This document shows positions 39,401-47,406 of a DNA stretch of 64,000 nucleotides, piece after piece. Under the pieces are notes generated by a model that saw nothing but the letters and a program-made list of their open reading frames with translations, ran no database searches and was not told the DNA's origin. Source of the stretch: a virus; IMG/VR virus record IMGVR_UViG_3300028920_002946, positions 1 through 64,000 of that record; one strand, given 5' to 3'. Position 1 is the first letter of the stretch. Each line of letters opens with the position of its first letter. The position numbers and the translations under genes were made by a program.

Positions 39401-40075
39401 GCTGTACTCCTGCGTGCTGCTCTCGATGACGGTCTTGTGGACGCTGCCGACGGTGAAGAGGTCGGGCAGCGACGGGCTGGCCCCCTTGTTGAACTGTATC
39501 TCGATGCCGGTCGAGAACTCGATGACCCCCGAATAGGCCACGTACGGCCCCATGGCGTCCGCGCCGGTCGGCGTCCACTCGCCCTTTTCCTTGTCGTAAT
39601 AGAACGGGACCCCCGTCTCCCCGCCCTCGTAGGCCTCGTACATCGCGCCGTCAAGTTTGGTCCTGCGCACGCTGCACTGCCCGGTGTAGAGATCCGGGCC
39701 GGATTCGGATGACTTCGCGTAGTTCTCCGTAAGATAGACGTCCTGGCCGTCGATCCCGGTGACCGTGTAGAATCTAGTGTCCCCGTCATGGCGTATGGAG
39801 TCCCCGTTCCCGGGGGCGTACGGCCCGGAGAACCCAGAGGCGACGAAGCTGCCGTCTGTGAAGTCGGCGGTGCCCTTGTAATCGTTCCTCTGGAGGGACG
39901 ACTCAATGAGGTACTGCGCCTCGACGCCGCGCTCGCCCGAGTGGGTGGTCGCCTCGTCACCGGGGTTCACCGACAGGCCGGCCGTGCTACGGGCGTTCTT
40001 GACGCCCGAGCGCGCGCCGCGCACGACGGTGGGCTCAAGATCGAGCGATTTCAATCTGAATACTTCCGATCCCAT
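30413..40075 (-). CDS. Giant (3220-aa) multidomain virion/baseplate protein
   Basis: Single uninterrupted ORF between the spike genes and the wedge genes, with many repeated modules. Confidence 0.75.
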   Translation of the reverse strand: MGSEVFRLKSLDLEPTVVRGARSGVKNARSTAGLSVNPGDEATTHSGERGVEAQYLIESSLQRNDYKGTADFTDGSFVASGFSGPYAPGNGDSIRHDGDTRFYTVTGIDGQDVYLTENYAKSSESGPDLYTGQCSVRRTKLDGAMYEAYEGGETGVPFYYDKEKGEWTPTGADAMGPYVAYSGVIEFSTGIEIQFNKGASPSLPDLFTVGSVHKTVIESSTQEYSDVGLSPLPYPHASLQVYWGDAQGEVRRRTEFEDYVVNYSNSPEFSYPYPPYEERLSAYIKFLGTLSDELQVTGINGDVGGIVAVSKAVEVESSGSAARKPVQRIIYGTDSVSVGQGDVPRYSEYLMDYDAGTLVFIDHANREEPCDHVAVPRELIWNGISVIKGVGAADVRNPDDLVIPGVTGLFGVPDGDIVYYEDTDENNMVVGVDYMIEYTSGAARMTTPLKKGESVLVSYYVEGEDVEVEKIDRAAPRLSKYPVLADSVSIVKKWSRTDQYGRVETGSSVLTEGEDFEISHFTGRVTLVDPSVYSEDVLSLEATYTPLSQMHCILQSKPGEVGNYRMTVIDDALEAVEDGQYLFKVNNPVVSIPVRDYFKKPGDPGRVSFSGSILMGSPVYAKVLGSGAALDTGGAAYTDQNRQIALDAERNTLEILPDDTVVATYSFESEVLPYAPIQIFYPVLPAGGSEFLIDGFDRTDSIKPDSVLRIENRDPVAVYYYRVRSSAYGDEGTRVAVHGSFPEDLNAPVFHVLDGPVSWQRMPDASSLVGEPLVGAESLTFSGGVLEILQGIKVDSLLMVGGKYVYSVMSVDAEDGQAVISIQPPLQEGSPSEVVYSRTPVYGVGETTLIMRNSILDDTPEPAFTLSYEAPEGFEGSGTVFVDPESVSLTETVGGTTNPVPYVFRKSDYATVHDLALAIQATKSTYNDNVTIGPRVPDYLPFTISPSGESSEQYYLASGTYSADLVQEFDDFQTQRLPYTLTVGPELFRWSLLRTYRGQSSFTVRDADLTWRFVGGDLLAFSDAPSNTLQYMGVGGVSVEDRDGRQYSSVGVLEPFSENMLDPSVYFKRGVVWEDVPNDPLSRSEDGASLTFRGNLGSNIVAGTLLRLEGGIVRSVSSVESGGGSMTLGVTPALPSGYKVSGRPGYRVQQSSLPVPLGSDPTQPYMSVSYTAPETHTGAATMEAGVSSVTLVETVDGFKTKTTVLEYSEYDGLNGLVDAIGRVESLEGGNPFTVTMPDSYRDLFDGDDFDRYRLAPIGTTALPAVAYVATGVLRVSYSAPGGYTGSASMVVTSSGVTLRESVTDVMGASQTKTTTVAYSDYGDLFKFANEGIGRVESVVAGNFPFSVDSAGAASLVGDGDWSHTYPSAAYGGYEGLPSYVHVTTGFESWQELGPLNFRRLTLDEDYSIDAGLVTLEGAIEDLDRFAMSYMGRDLRSEDEGESVYVSCRYFTNLPAGSRLDVYLDYLNIDQFYLQKLTERDFSEIVVVPQIEELLERVGSGNGQGSDTAPTDDQVPNWAAGVVGNRYLLQDEEIKKELFLKFYHWYKRRLRAFSAELQLGMGFKFARSNAVGEVDGRLTLQDAYVEDTDDYTLTTDAEIERVPATYTKFFPVGYDKQAPHYYPRFGTEYRLYNEVYCFNVQYKYADGRVETVGKIKSVTPYWTQNLDHVILRNTNDRLIAYYNVEIPEDERTFGANDDKYSWLKRVSVGDRMRLLGYDNKYEIKSIISGPDGSRLGYTYEMITLDRALSEKGVKTYKLKQNSLGVFQYSVNIDRNDKRTSSEDQFNSALPGEGRVVSVTRSSAEAFPMFDDEGMYGARIEGGEVEGHVKHKDRIRKFSLIDFLRLLFPGIPELNKNVRLQAGRYDEDTLAFVKLEELEVNLRNLSFIEERKISSTQNALYKNDFALADTDGFEKYFYMSFDRIYDVSERGGYREGYVLRARDRDLWVRLIIELDNDGDPLATDVSEEYGFVGNQVYRNFYDPDNVYRWLLMEKQAWQFEELILRDLYDYNDKIARAYSMGRIRLDNVSAYKGYLAYYQEGEPAGVSDWLAARLVKYERALYFLIGGYAGYGDRGPLLDVIKPDGVHDEDDATPQIAQSYRDASAAYSKYESFYGALQEFKAINYQNNDDWKNDYVRWVTGLSIGVMHQRTARAMYESQRKLEIGLVESRALRFDVSDPGRYRVDSASVTVAGDSMLVYAVLSDPTDPDAVVSPYLRTFSLKDVEGGDYISLDALAGFINSSDIDGFTPMFVGVVYPHYPYDAASCELLVRSTTALSLSDPNYISMTNVADHRGSDPRILFLDKMIEDKFPTDNQDDPENPYWVWPVYTDGGNLAKRAIEGLPVAGEWETLPSDFFEVINIRCPDASMFVEFVDMDEGDTKEYMGPQEVIDKIDAGDVLTESEFEDIKQMDPPSVTILKYLRLVRRGVSETALQIDLREHDTINDLVSAINAARFDSEGNQTPGAALQLFEAELIGDPAIQGEFKSYEIHASYVPIKKNFGVRFDNGVEQYKYGYVVGYELQRLSVRKGLDVQLSVGTQRYSEDATAGFLMDGPEAAHDTSLNKFPLGLRQDIVAFDLYCWDDEDGEGRREYEVIDNHMHFRSANVADIAVPLAGSGDPLAPDRESLIDLVDRINSYPIVSSWFFANLRYTRDDARDPGYFEYGYLPDFKQDVPKADLRDFVLRKDVALRLRSTESTEYQIVPDGPYNPADPDTVFSSLQLNLSSDVRVLGVGEGDGYTFSASSMVVNDAADTLTLSATYSYPYQYSRTFDFSDASYDTISELVNAINLETFPGVGGAIFTAALSNDDDSTDLVQASGSLSGVATQLYKQTAPTAAFTLSVSSGGVGYAVSNATFSIPAARSQITLSCTVTYTGPYSSGAIDISSGNYTILSLASYISALKPYADPAFNPIFPSSVFNGDYSGEDASGLLDVTTSLAATGYARLNATETYDLTGYTFDGLAAAINSDTALTGVSAEVAGDYGVAESRLLVPSPSFLPMGATVELTADFRGLVGMRLLNMFNPSYATIYSDYVGIVADGDYQGDLPLDTKDLHEWIDAVRGDFGSGMVGVQVLPIKVSAVPYGVPEESSQALPYNEPSHVYFGVMGDIKFVQVSDHNLHTQLNNVKRRLGKPWEGETDYYTPERYDENNPNAIDSKNFLGWLRNTRYAQIRRGVVDEALVSNKHLWLFLKMHREYGADQRAYQLRKRIESNEDDQRTVWDTGL

Positions 40076-40693
40076 CTAGCTTACCTTCGTGGTGATGGAC
40101 GGCACCCCCGCTACCGCCAATGGACCCGTGGGAGGAACGGGCGCTATCGCCCCCGCGGCCACCACGGAAAACGTCGCGCTCGCCTTGAGGTGCGTGACAA
40201 CCCCGAACGACACGCTATCGCACACATTCCCGACGTTCCTTCCCATCATGTTCTTCAAAGTCATCTTTCCCTTCATGAGGGTGGACAGAGTCGAAGAGTT
40301 CAAGGCGGTGAACTTGCCCGTGCCGGCCCCGACGGCGCATCCCGCCGCCGTCCCGGTGAGCACCATGCCCATGAGCACCTGCGAAATCCCGGCGGAAACA
40401 CCATCGAACAGCTTTGAAAGATCCCTGCCCCTCAGATTCAATATGGTCGCCCTGCCGAGCATCGTTGCGGACATCGCCTTGCTCACGATACCCGCCACCG
40501 CGAGGCTCGTTATCGTGCCCGTGGGGCCGGCAGTCCCCGCCAACGTGCACGTCACCATGTTCGGGGACGTGACATGCGCGGCGACGGATGACCCTATGGC
40601 ATCCGCTATCGCGCCTATGTCACGCCCCTTGATGCCGCGCGGCGCGCAGTTGGCGACGATGGCGGCGGCTATCAGCTTCCCCGTGACAGGCAT
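40076..40693 (-). CDS. Putative spike-tip protein with three internal repeats
   Basis: 205 aa; three GR(D/N)-containing repeats; immediately downstream of the gp5-like gene. Confidence 0.5.
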   Translation of the reverse strand: MPVTGKLIAAAIVANCAPRGIKGRDIGAIADAIGSSVAAHVTSPNMVTCTLAGTAGPTGTITSLAVAGIVSKAMSATMLGRATILNLRGRDLSKLFDGVSAGISQVLMGMVLTGTAAGCAVGAGTGKFTALNSSTLSTLMKGKMTLKNMMGRNVGNVCDSVSFGVVTHLKASATFSVVAAGAIAPVPPTGPLAVAGVPSITTKVS

Positions 40694-40695
40694 CG

Positions 40696-42699
40696 CTACC
40701 CCGGCAGCCCCGCCGCCTTGACGGTCTTCGACCCGACCAGGGGCGCGCCCGTCACGTAGTCGAAATGGGTCTTCTCGGTTATCACGCCGCCCATCAGGCG
40801 CTCCTTGCTCTTCAGCTTGATGCTCCCCCCCTCCACGTTCACCGATCCCGCGAGACTCGCCTTCACGGTGGCTTTGAACTTCGACTTGGCCGTGAAAGAC
40901 CCGACCTTCGTGGACAGATCCACATTCCCCGACTTGATCGCCACCTTGTAGTCGCCAAGCTTTATCGAGGTTTCGCTGTCCCCTGCGGTTATCTTCGTTT
41001 CCCTGTCGCCGGCGCGTATCGTCTCCTTGATCTTCCCAAGCCTCACGGATGTCTCGCGCGACCCTACCTTGGTGATTGACTCGGTTATGTTACCCACAAT
41101 CGAGTTCACCTCAAGTTCGCTGTCGCCCGAGGTTACCGTTGTGAGACGGCTGCCGTACGTCTCCTGCTTCTCTTTGACGGCCCTCTCGGCATAGACGCTC
41201 GCGACGGCGACGTTCATGTCCTGCCCGACATTGAGCGTGTAGGCGCCGGCGACCCCCTCCCTGTGCATGCCGCCGACGCTCTTGAGGTCGGACGACTCGA
41301 TGAGCGCCTCGCGGTTCCCCCCGATTTCGACTCTCTCTCCGCCATCGACCTTCTCGATCTTGCGGTAGCGCCGCAATGTCTCCAGCAGTTCCTCGTCGTC
41401 GTCGAAGTCGTAGACATCCGGGTCGGCTGCGCCGTACATGTAGAAGGCCGTACCGCTGGTTCTGATGTCGATGCTGCGTCCCGCGTAGGGGTTGCCGATC
41501 CTGTCGTTGTGATCCCCGATGGACCAATGCAGGCCGCCCCTGGTGGACAGATCCCAAGACGCGCCGTACTTCGAGTCCCTGCCGTACACCTCTTTCTTGC
41601 TACCGTCGGCAAGGATCGACATGGACCGGCCCTTGCCGATCCCCCCGCCCGTCCCGCTGGGGGCGTACATGTAGAGGTGGCCCTCCTTGTCGATTCCTAT
41701 GAACCCGCCCTTTTCCGGGTTGCGGCGGTTGGGGGCGAATATGCTGACGGCCATGCCGTACCTCTGGGCATCGTCCGGGCTCATCGCGTCGAGGGAGAAC
41801 AAGCCCTCCCTGTCGTCAGCGGTCGAAAACAGATTCGCCTTGAGGATCTGCCCGTACGATTCCCTCGACGAGTTGTTCCCGACGAGGTTGCCCATGGCGA
41901 GAACGGCGGCCGGGTTTCGGTTGTTGTCAGAGAGGCCGGAGTTCACCTCGTTCTTCGGCGTCTCGTCCGTCACGAGATCCTCCACCTCTATCAGATACTC
42001 CGAGAAGTACCTGTTGCCGCCGGTTTCGAAGGGGAGCCTCGTGCGCTTGGCGCCGCCAGCCGTGATCTCGGTCTCGGCGAAGCTGCTCTCGTCCTCCCTC
42101 GTGCTGTCGTAGAGGTTCCTCGTGACGATGCCGCAGCTTTGCCACACGCCGCCCGAGAACATGAAGCTGCTCGCCGAGGACGAGATTGTGTGCCCCGCCA
42201 GGCCGTCCATGATAAACTCGACGTCGAGGTGCCTGGCGGCGTACCTCTCGTTGAGGGTGACCTCCGCGCCGTTCGAGGACGACATCGCGATGTCGCCGCG
42301 CTTGAGCTTCGGGAAGTTGAACACCAGCTCGTTCGACTGGGGCAGGTTTATCCCCTCGGGGTAGGTCTTGACGTTCTTCCCGTCAAGCGCGTAGATGTAG
42401 TCGGGAAGGTAGAAGATGGGGTACATCAGGTTGTACTCGTTGGCGAGTATCACCCTGCTCCCGATCTGCGGCATCGCGGCTATGTAGCTGTTGGTCCCGG
42501 CGTACGGGTGCGTTATGGGGATGCCCTCGAACGAGCCGTATCCCCCGTACGTCTGCACGTCCATGGTCTGACGGTCGTCGTCCACGGCCGTGACGACGGC
42601 CATCAGAAATGTGTTATCCTCCCTCTTGCGCATCCCGAGGGAGGGCTTCGTGTCGGGTCCGGGCGACCACCCGACTCTTTTCAGGTCATTGTAGGCCAT
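40696..42699 (-). CDS. Central spike protein (T4 gp5 / VgrG-like)
   Basis: N-terminal OB-fold-like AVVTAVDDDRQTMDVQ...MPQIGSRVIL; C-terminal short beta-strand repeats (ETKITAGDSETSIKLGDYKVAIKSG). Confidence 0.7.
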   Translation of the reverse strand: MAYNDLKRVGWSPGPDTKPSLGMRKREDNTFLMAVVTAVDDDRQTMDVQTYGGYGSFEGIPITHPYAGTNSYIAAMPQIGSRVILANEYNLMYPIFYLPDYIYALDGKNVKTYPEGINLPQSNELVFNFPKLKRGDIAMSSSNGAEVTLNERYAARHLDVEFIMDGLAGHTISSSASSFMFSGGVWQSCGIVTRNLYDSTREDESSFAETEITAGGAKRTRLPFETGGNRYFSEYLIEVEDLVTDETPKNEVNSGLSDNNRNPAAVLAMGNLVGNNSSRESYGQILKANLFSTADDREGLFSLDAMSPDDAQRYGMAVSIFAPNRRNPEKGGFIGIDKEGHLYMYAPSGTGGGIGKGRSMSILADGSKKEVYGRDSKYGASWDLSTRGGLHWSIGDHNDRIGNPYAGRSIDIRTSGTAFYMYGAADPDVYDFDDDEELLETLRRYRKIEKVDGGERVEIGGNREALIESSDLKSVGGMHREGVAGAYTLNVGQDMNVAVASVYAERAVKEKQETYGSRLTTVTSGDSELEVNSIVGNITESITKVGSRETSVRLGKIKETIRAGDRETKITAGDSETSIKLGDYKVAIKSGNVDLSTKVGSFTAKSKFKATVKASLAGSVNVEGGSIKLKSKERLMGGVITEKTHFDYVTGAPLVGSKTVKAAGLPG

Positions 42700-42706
42700 G
42701 GCTCAC

Positions 42707-45226
42707 CTAGTTCTCCGTCGGCGTCTGGTTGCCGGAATCGGCCCCCACCTGTATCTCGACGGCCCTGTCAAGCTGCTGATCGTTGGCGATGTTTTTCGAG
42801 TCCGGCTTGGTCGTGTAGTAAAGTTCCGGATCGTTGTCCGGGTTCGGGGACTGCAAATCCAGGTCGTTCAGTTTGCGCCTCTGATCGACGCCCCTCTCGA
42901 ACTCCTCGGGGTCGGTTTCCTGCGGGTTCGACAGGGGGTTGATCGAGGAGGGCGGCTTGGAGGCGGATTCGGCGTTGCCGGACGTCGTGACGGACTGCCC
43001 CGTCCCGGAGGCGCCGAGCACGGCGTTCGTCTGCGCGTCCCGTGCATCGCGGGGGTTGCTGCTGTCCACCAGATCGCTCGCCCTCGTCACCTTGAGGTTC
43101 GCGCCGTACGGGAACGCCCCGATGTGCTTGTACCCCCTTTTGTCGCTGAAGGGCACCGTGTCGTCCGTTATCATGAGAAGCTCGTTCGAAATTATGGCCT
43201 GCGTCTCAGCCCTCTGGTCGTCTATCGGCACTGGGTTTTTGGCGGCGGCCTTTTCGTCCCCCTCCTGAAGCTTGGACACCTTCGTCTGGTTGTCGACGAC
43301 GTAGCCCCCGGTCTTGTTGGCCGCCACCCTCTTCACGCGCGCGTCCGACACCTTGTAGAAGCCCTGCGAAGGGGGGCCGGCGAGGAACCCGCTCGCCCTC
43401 TTGAAATCATCCTTGAGTATGTCGTTGACCATCATCTGGAGCTCCCCCTCCGGCAGGCTGCCCCCCTTGATGGCCTCCCTCAGCTCGATGACGGCCTCCT
43501 GCATCTTCTCGTCGGCGGTCTTCTCCGGCGCCTCCTTGTCCTCATCGTTTTTGGACTTGTCCTCGTTCACGACAAGGCCCAGATTGGTCTTGGGGTCGAA
43601 CCGAAGGACCTTCGACTTCAAAAGCGTGCCGGCGGTGCCCGTAACCGACCCGTCGTCCCACACCCTGTCCCTGCGGAACTCGAGCCCCAGGGTGGTAGTC
43701 GCGGAGGACCCGAAGGACACGGAGTGGCTCACCGATGTCACGTAATAGTAGGCGTCTATGTGCTTCACGTACACCGGGTAGCCCAGCCTCAACTCGGGGC
43801 GCAGCGGGGTGGAGAGGCTCCCCGTGTAGGCCCTGCCGTTGACCCTCGTCATCTCGGCGCAGGCTACGAGGCGCAGCGAGCGGGCGTCGTTGCCGTAGCG
43901 CATGGCGACGTGCTGAAACCTTATGCCGTAGCGCTTCACGCTGTCGACGTCGATGTGATACCCTATGTTCTCCAAGTCGGGTATCTCGTAACGCAGGGGC
44001 GCGGTGACCTCGAGGTAGTTCACGATTGCGTCGCTGTTCGTGTCCGCCCCGAAGGTGATGATGTCCTCCGGCTTGAACGTGTAGTAGGGCACGTCCTCGG
44101 CGTTCACGTCGAGGTTGTAGAGCGGCGGCTTGAACACCAGCCGGCCATTCGAATCGAGGAAGAACTCCATGTGCGTCTGTTCGCAGACCTGGTTGGCTAT
44201 CTCGAGCTTCGTGGTTTCCAGGGCCGTCGCGCCATCGCCGAAGAGGTTGAAGGCCCCGTAGGGCTGTATCCTCGCAAGTATGCCGTAGTCGAGGGTCAGG
44301 CGGGCGCGTATGCTCGACTGCCTGTCCATTCGGGCCGTGCTGCGGAAGGTGGACACCGACTCCCTCACCGACTCGATGGATATCGGGCCGCGGAGCCCGA
44401 ACATCTCCAGCGGCATCCTGTCGGGATCCGCTATGGGCGAGTCGGCATCGAACCCGAAGCGCCTGTTCCAATAGTCTATGATGTTCATCGAAAGCGCTGT
44501 GAAGGTCCTTTTCCGCTCCGCGCCGCTGAGCCCGCCGAAGTCCGGCGCGAACTCGGACTTGGAAAGCTTCGGGTAGATGAAGTTGTACGCCCGGCCGCTG
44601 TCGGAAACGAAGAAGGTGTCCATGAACAGCGCGTAGATGAGCTCCCACGGGGTCATGTTCTCGAAGACGGTCGGGAACCTGTTCATCCCCGGCGCACCAA
44701 ACAAGCTCTGTATGGCGGCCGGCTTCAGGGTCAGCTTCTGGTACTTCCACCAGGTCAGTATGTCGCCGCAGGTGATCGAGAACGTGTTGACCCCACCGCT
44801 GTAGCTCTCGGAAACGTTCGTGATCATGCCCCAGAACACGGGGTAGTACTGTGGTACGTACCCGGTGCTCTCGTCGAGGTAGCGCCCCTTCATGTATACC
44901 TTCACTTCCATCATGGGGGCGAAGTATGGCATCTTCGTGCCGTTCGGGAGGTTGATGTAGTAGTCCTCGTGCAGCCCCTTGTACTGCGGGGCGACAACGT
45001 CGAACGTGCATTTCGAGGCGCCGGGCGGCGACAGGGCTAGGCTCACATTAACGGAGGTGATGCCGCCCCTTATCTCGAGCCCCTTCAGCCCCTTCTTGCT
45101 CACGGGGGACAGCACGCGCGCGCCAAGTGCCCCGTTCACGGACACGAAGGCGTCCGGCGCGAGCCGCAGCAGCCCCCTATTGCGGAATTCGTTCGGCGTG
45201 AACAGGCCTGATCTTGTCTCTGCCAT
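42707..45226 (-). CDS. Baseplate hub protein (T4 gp27 / phage late control D-like)
   Basis: 839 aa; FFLDSNGRLVFKPP and LRPELRLGYPV...YYVTSVSHS motifs; position upstream of the spike. Confidence 0.7.
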   Translation of the reverse strand: MAETRSGLFTPNEFRNRGLLRLAPDAFVSVNGALGARVLSPVSKKGLKGLEIRGGITSVNVSLALSPPGASKCTFDVVAPQYKGLHEDYYINLPNGTKMPYFAPMMEVKVYMKGRYLDESTGYVPQYYPVFWGMITNVSESYSGGVNTFSITCGDILTWWKYQKLTLKPAAIQSLFGAPGMNRFPTVFENMTPWELIYALFMDTFFVSDSGRAYNFIYPKLSKSEFAPDFGGLSGAERKRTFTALSMNIIDYWNRRFGFDADSPIADPDRMPLEMFGLRGPISIESVRESVSTFRSTARMDRQSSIRARLTLDYGILARIQPYGAFNLFGDGATALETTKLEIANQVCEQTHMEFFLDSNGRLVFKPPLYNLDVNAEDVPYYTFKPEDIITFGADTNSDAIVNYLEVTAPLRYEIPDLENIGYHIDVDSVKRYGIRFQHVAMRYGNDARSLRLVACAEMTRVNGRAYTGSLSTPLRPELRLGYPVYVKHIDAYYYVTSVSHSVSFGSSATTTLGLEFRRDRVWDDGSVTGTAGTLLKSKVLRFDPKTNLGLVVNEDKSKNDEDKEAPEKTADEKMQEAVIELREAIKGGSLPEGELQMMVNDILKDDFKRASGFLAGPPSQGFYKVSDARVKRVAANKTGGYVVDNQTKVSKLQEGDEKAAAKNPVPIDDQRAETQAIISNELLMITDDTVPFSDKRGYKHIGAFPYGANLKVTRASDLVDSSNPRDARDAQTNAVLGASGTGQSVTTSGNAESASKPPSSINPLSNPQETDPEEFERGVDQRRKLNDLDLQSPNPDNDPELYYTTKPDSKNIANDQQLDRAVEIQVGADSGNQTPTEN

Positions 45227-45232
45227 AACGGC

Positions 45233-46573
45233 TCACTCCGTGACAACCACCACCGCGCCGCCCGACCCGGCCCACATGGCAAGTTCGTCGCGAAGATCTT
45301 TGCCCTCCATGATGATGCATCCCCGCGAGGCGTTAAGGTTGCCCGGGCCGTATCCCCCATGGATGCGGAACACGCTCCGCCCGTATTGAAAGGTGTTGTT
45401 ATCACCGACGGGGGTCAGCGTAACGGTGGAGTCGGACGGGGCGCCATTGTTTCTGTCCCTCGTCTCCGGCTCTATGACCCAGACCCCCCTCGGTATGGGG
45501 CCGACCTCGACCACATACTCGAGCGTGGGATTGTTTATTCCCTCGCCCTTCCCGGAGTAGCAATCCTTCGTCCAGAGCACCTTGCCCGTCTTGTCGGTCA
45601 CCACGAACTCGCCCGTGGACTGAGAGTACGTGCATATGATTTCCGGGTCAAGATCCCCGGGGATGTCATGAACCTGCCGGGACACGACGGACGGATCCAC
45701 CGGCTCGTACGTCCGGGCGTTCCCGGGGGTCGACGGCAGCGGCGGCACGTTGTAGTACTTCTGCATCTGATCCTCGTTCATGCGCACGGTCTTGGCCAGC
45801 TCCATGTCGCCCCCCTGGATGCTGACCTGCACGTTGCCGACCTTCTCGTTCCCGTCCTTGCGGAGATGGCCGTCGAAGGAGTCGCCACGTAGCCCAGCCA
45901 CCACGAACTCGAAGTTGTAGTTGATGCGGTACGGCGTGCTCGCGGTGTCGTCCAGCGTGAACGTGTTGAACGCGCCCACGTGGTCGGCGCCGTCGTAGGA
46001 AACCATGACGAAGTCCATGACGTTGATGACCCTGCTGGTGCCGTCGTTCCAGAGGGTCTGGTCCGCTGTGTCCGTCAGGAAGTAGGCGCCGTTGCGTTTG
46101 AAGAACGACACGAGGGCCAGCAAGTTCGCGAACTCGAGGGAGTTCCGGCGGTTGTAGTTCGTGAGGCCGCCCGTGCGTATCCGCAGCCCGCGGACGGTGT
46201 TCGCGACCTCGTTCGGGTTGTAGTAGAACCCTGCCGAACTGCCGGAGACGGTCAGCGTCTGGAGCTGCTGGCCCCAATAGGTGGTCACCCAGCTCCTCCG
46301 CGTGTACGCGTTCTGGACGGCGTGGGTGTGGCCGTACTGTATGTCGCTCGGGTTGACCATCAGCGTGAGCGGGTATCGCGCCTCGCCCGTCTCGACGTTA
46401 TAAAGCGAGATTACGAACGGTATGTAGTTCGCCGGGGGCCGCATGGCGGACATGAAGGTCGTCGAGTACCCCGGATAGGTCGTGCCCGCCGGGTCGACGT
46501 GGTAGTCCCCGCCCTGGGATTTGATGAGTCCCTTCAGCGACTCCGTCGTGTCGAGATGGTACGGCACCGCCAT
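45233..46573 (-). CDS. Tube-initiator/baseplate protein with C-terminal Tlde1/DUF2778-like L,D-transpeptidase-fold domain
   Basis: N-terminal LMVNPSDI...TYWGQQLQTLTVSG; C-terminal YSGKG..INNP...GPIPRG.W...FRIHGG...ASRGCI. Confidence 0.65.
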   Translation of the reverse strand: MAVPYHLDTTESLKGLIKSQGGDYHVDPAGTTYPGYSTTFMSAMRPPANYIPFVISLYNVETGEARYPLTLMVNPSDIQYGHTHAVQNAYTRRSWVTTYWGQQLQTLTVSGSSAGFYYNPNEVANTVRGLRIRTGGLTNYNRRNSLEFANLLALVSFFKRNGAYFLTDTADQTLWNDGTSRVINVMDFVMVSYDGADHVGAFNTFTLDDTASTPYRINYNFEFVVAGLRGDSFDGHLRKDGNEKVGNVQVSIQGGDMELAKTVRMNEDQMQKYYNVPPLPSTPGNARTYEPVDPSVVSRQVHDIPGDLDPEIICTYSQSTGEFVVTDKTGKVLWTKDCYSGKGEGINNPTLEYVVEVGPIPRGVWVIEPETRDRNNGAPSDSTVTLTPVGDNNTFQYGRSVFRIHGGYGPGNLNASRGCIIMEGKDLRDELAMWAGSGGAVVVVTE

Positions 46574-46574
46574 C

Positions 46575-47402
46575 TTACTTGCCCCCCGCTATCGATCCTT
46601 GCCGGTACGTGGTCTTCTCAGACTTGAACACCATCGTGTAGGTCATCCTGAAGGGGGAGGCGCTGTCCTCCGACAGGTCGAACGTGTCGAGGTAGCCCAT
46701 GCACGACAGGTAGTCGAAGACCAGGTTCACGTACAGCCTCTCCTTTATCAGCCCCTCCCGGGGGTGGTTGTTGATGAACCCGGCGTTGTCCGGGTCGCCG
46801 AGGAACCCCTCGACCACGGGGCTGACGTAGCCCTCCATCCGCAGCGTGCCGACGCTCCCCTCGTATGTCCTGTTGTCCTGTATGATGAATCCGTCGTAGG
46901 TGAAGACCGTCTTGAGCTCGCGCAGGAACTTGTAAGCCTCGGTGAGGCCGCGCCTCTCGGTCAGCAGGCCCGGGAACTTGCCGTTGAGGGCGTACCCGAA
47001 GAAACTAAACGACGACCCCGACAGGGTGAGAAGGTCGATCTCGTCGCCCCAATGTTCCTCCACCCAACGCGTCATGGTCTGATATCTGTTCGTCATCTTC
47101 GCCGAGTTCACCGTGATCTGCTCGGGGTTCGGGGACATCTTGATGGCGGTCACCACCAAGCCGCTCCTCATGACTATGCCGTAGGGCTGCATCGAGGAGT
47201 CCATCATGCGCAGGAACATCGGCATCTCGTTCGGCGTGCGGCGGAGCCAGGGGCGTATCTCCCGCTCCCTGGTGAGGCCGAGGTCGGCGTTCGACACCTT
47301 CCGCATCATAGCCCGGGACTCATCGAAGTATAGAAGCCCGCCCGTGACCGGATCCTCCATAAGGATCCGCTGCTGGCTCGGCGTCACGTCCTCTATCGAC
47401 AT
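46575..47402 (-). CDS. Tube-initiator-like baseplate protein (gp48/gp54-like)
   Basis: MSPNPEQI...WVEEHWGDEIDLLTLSGSS mirrors the N-terminal domain of 45233..46573; directly after the tape measure. Confidence 0.6.
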   Translation of the reverse strand: MSIEDVTPSQQRILMEDPVTGGLLYFDESRAMMRKVSNADLGLTREREIRPWLRRTPNEMPMFLRMMDSSMQPYGIVMRSGLVVTAIKMSPNPEQITVNSAKMTNRYQTMTRWVEEHWGDEIDLLTLSGSSFSFFGYALNGKFPGLLTERRGLTEAYKFLRELKTVFTYDGFIIQDNRTYEGSVGTLRMEGYVSPVVEGFLGDPDNAGFINNHPREGLIKERLYVNLVFDYLSCMGYLDTFDLSEDSASPFRMTYTMVFKSEKTTYRQGSIAGGK

Positions 47403-47406
47403 GGCC

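Noticed and set aside
30413-40075. Intein or intron inflating the 3220-aa gene
   Set aside because: No C/S...HN intein termini, LAGLIDADG or HNH motifs were recognised; internal repeats explain the size.
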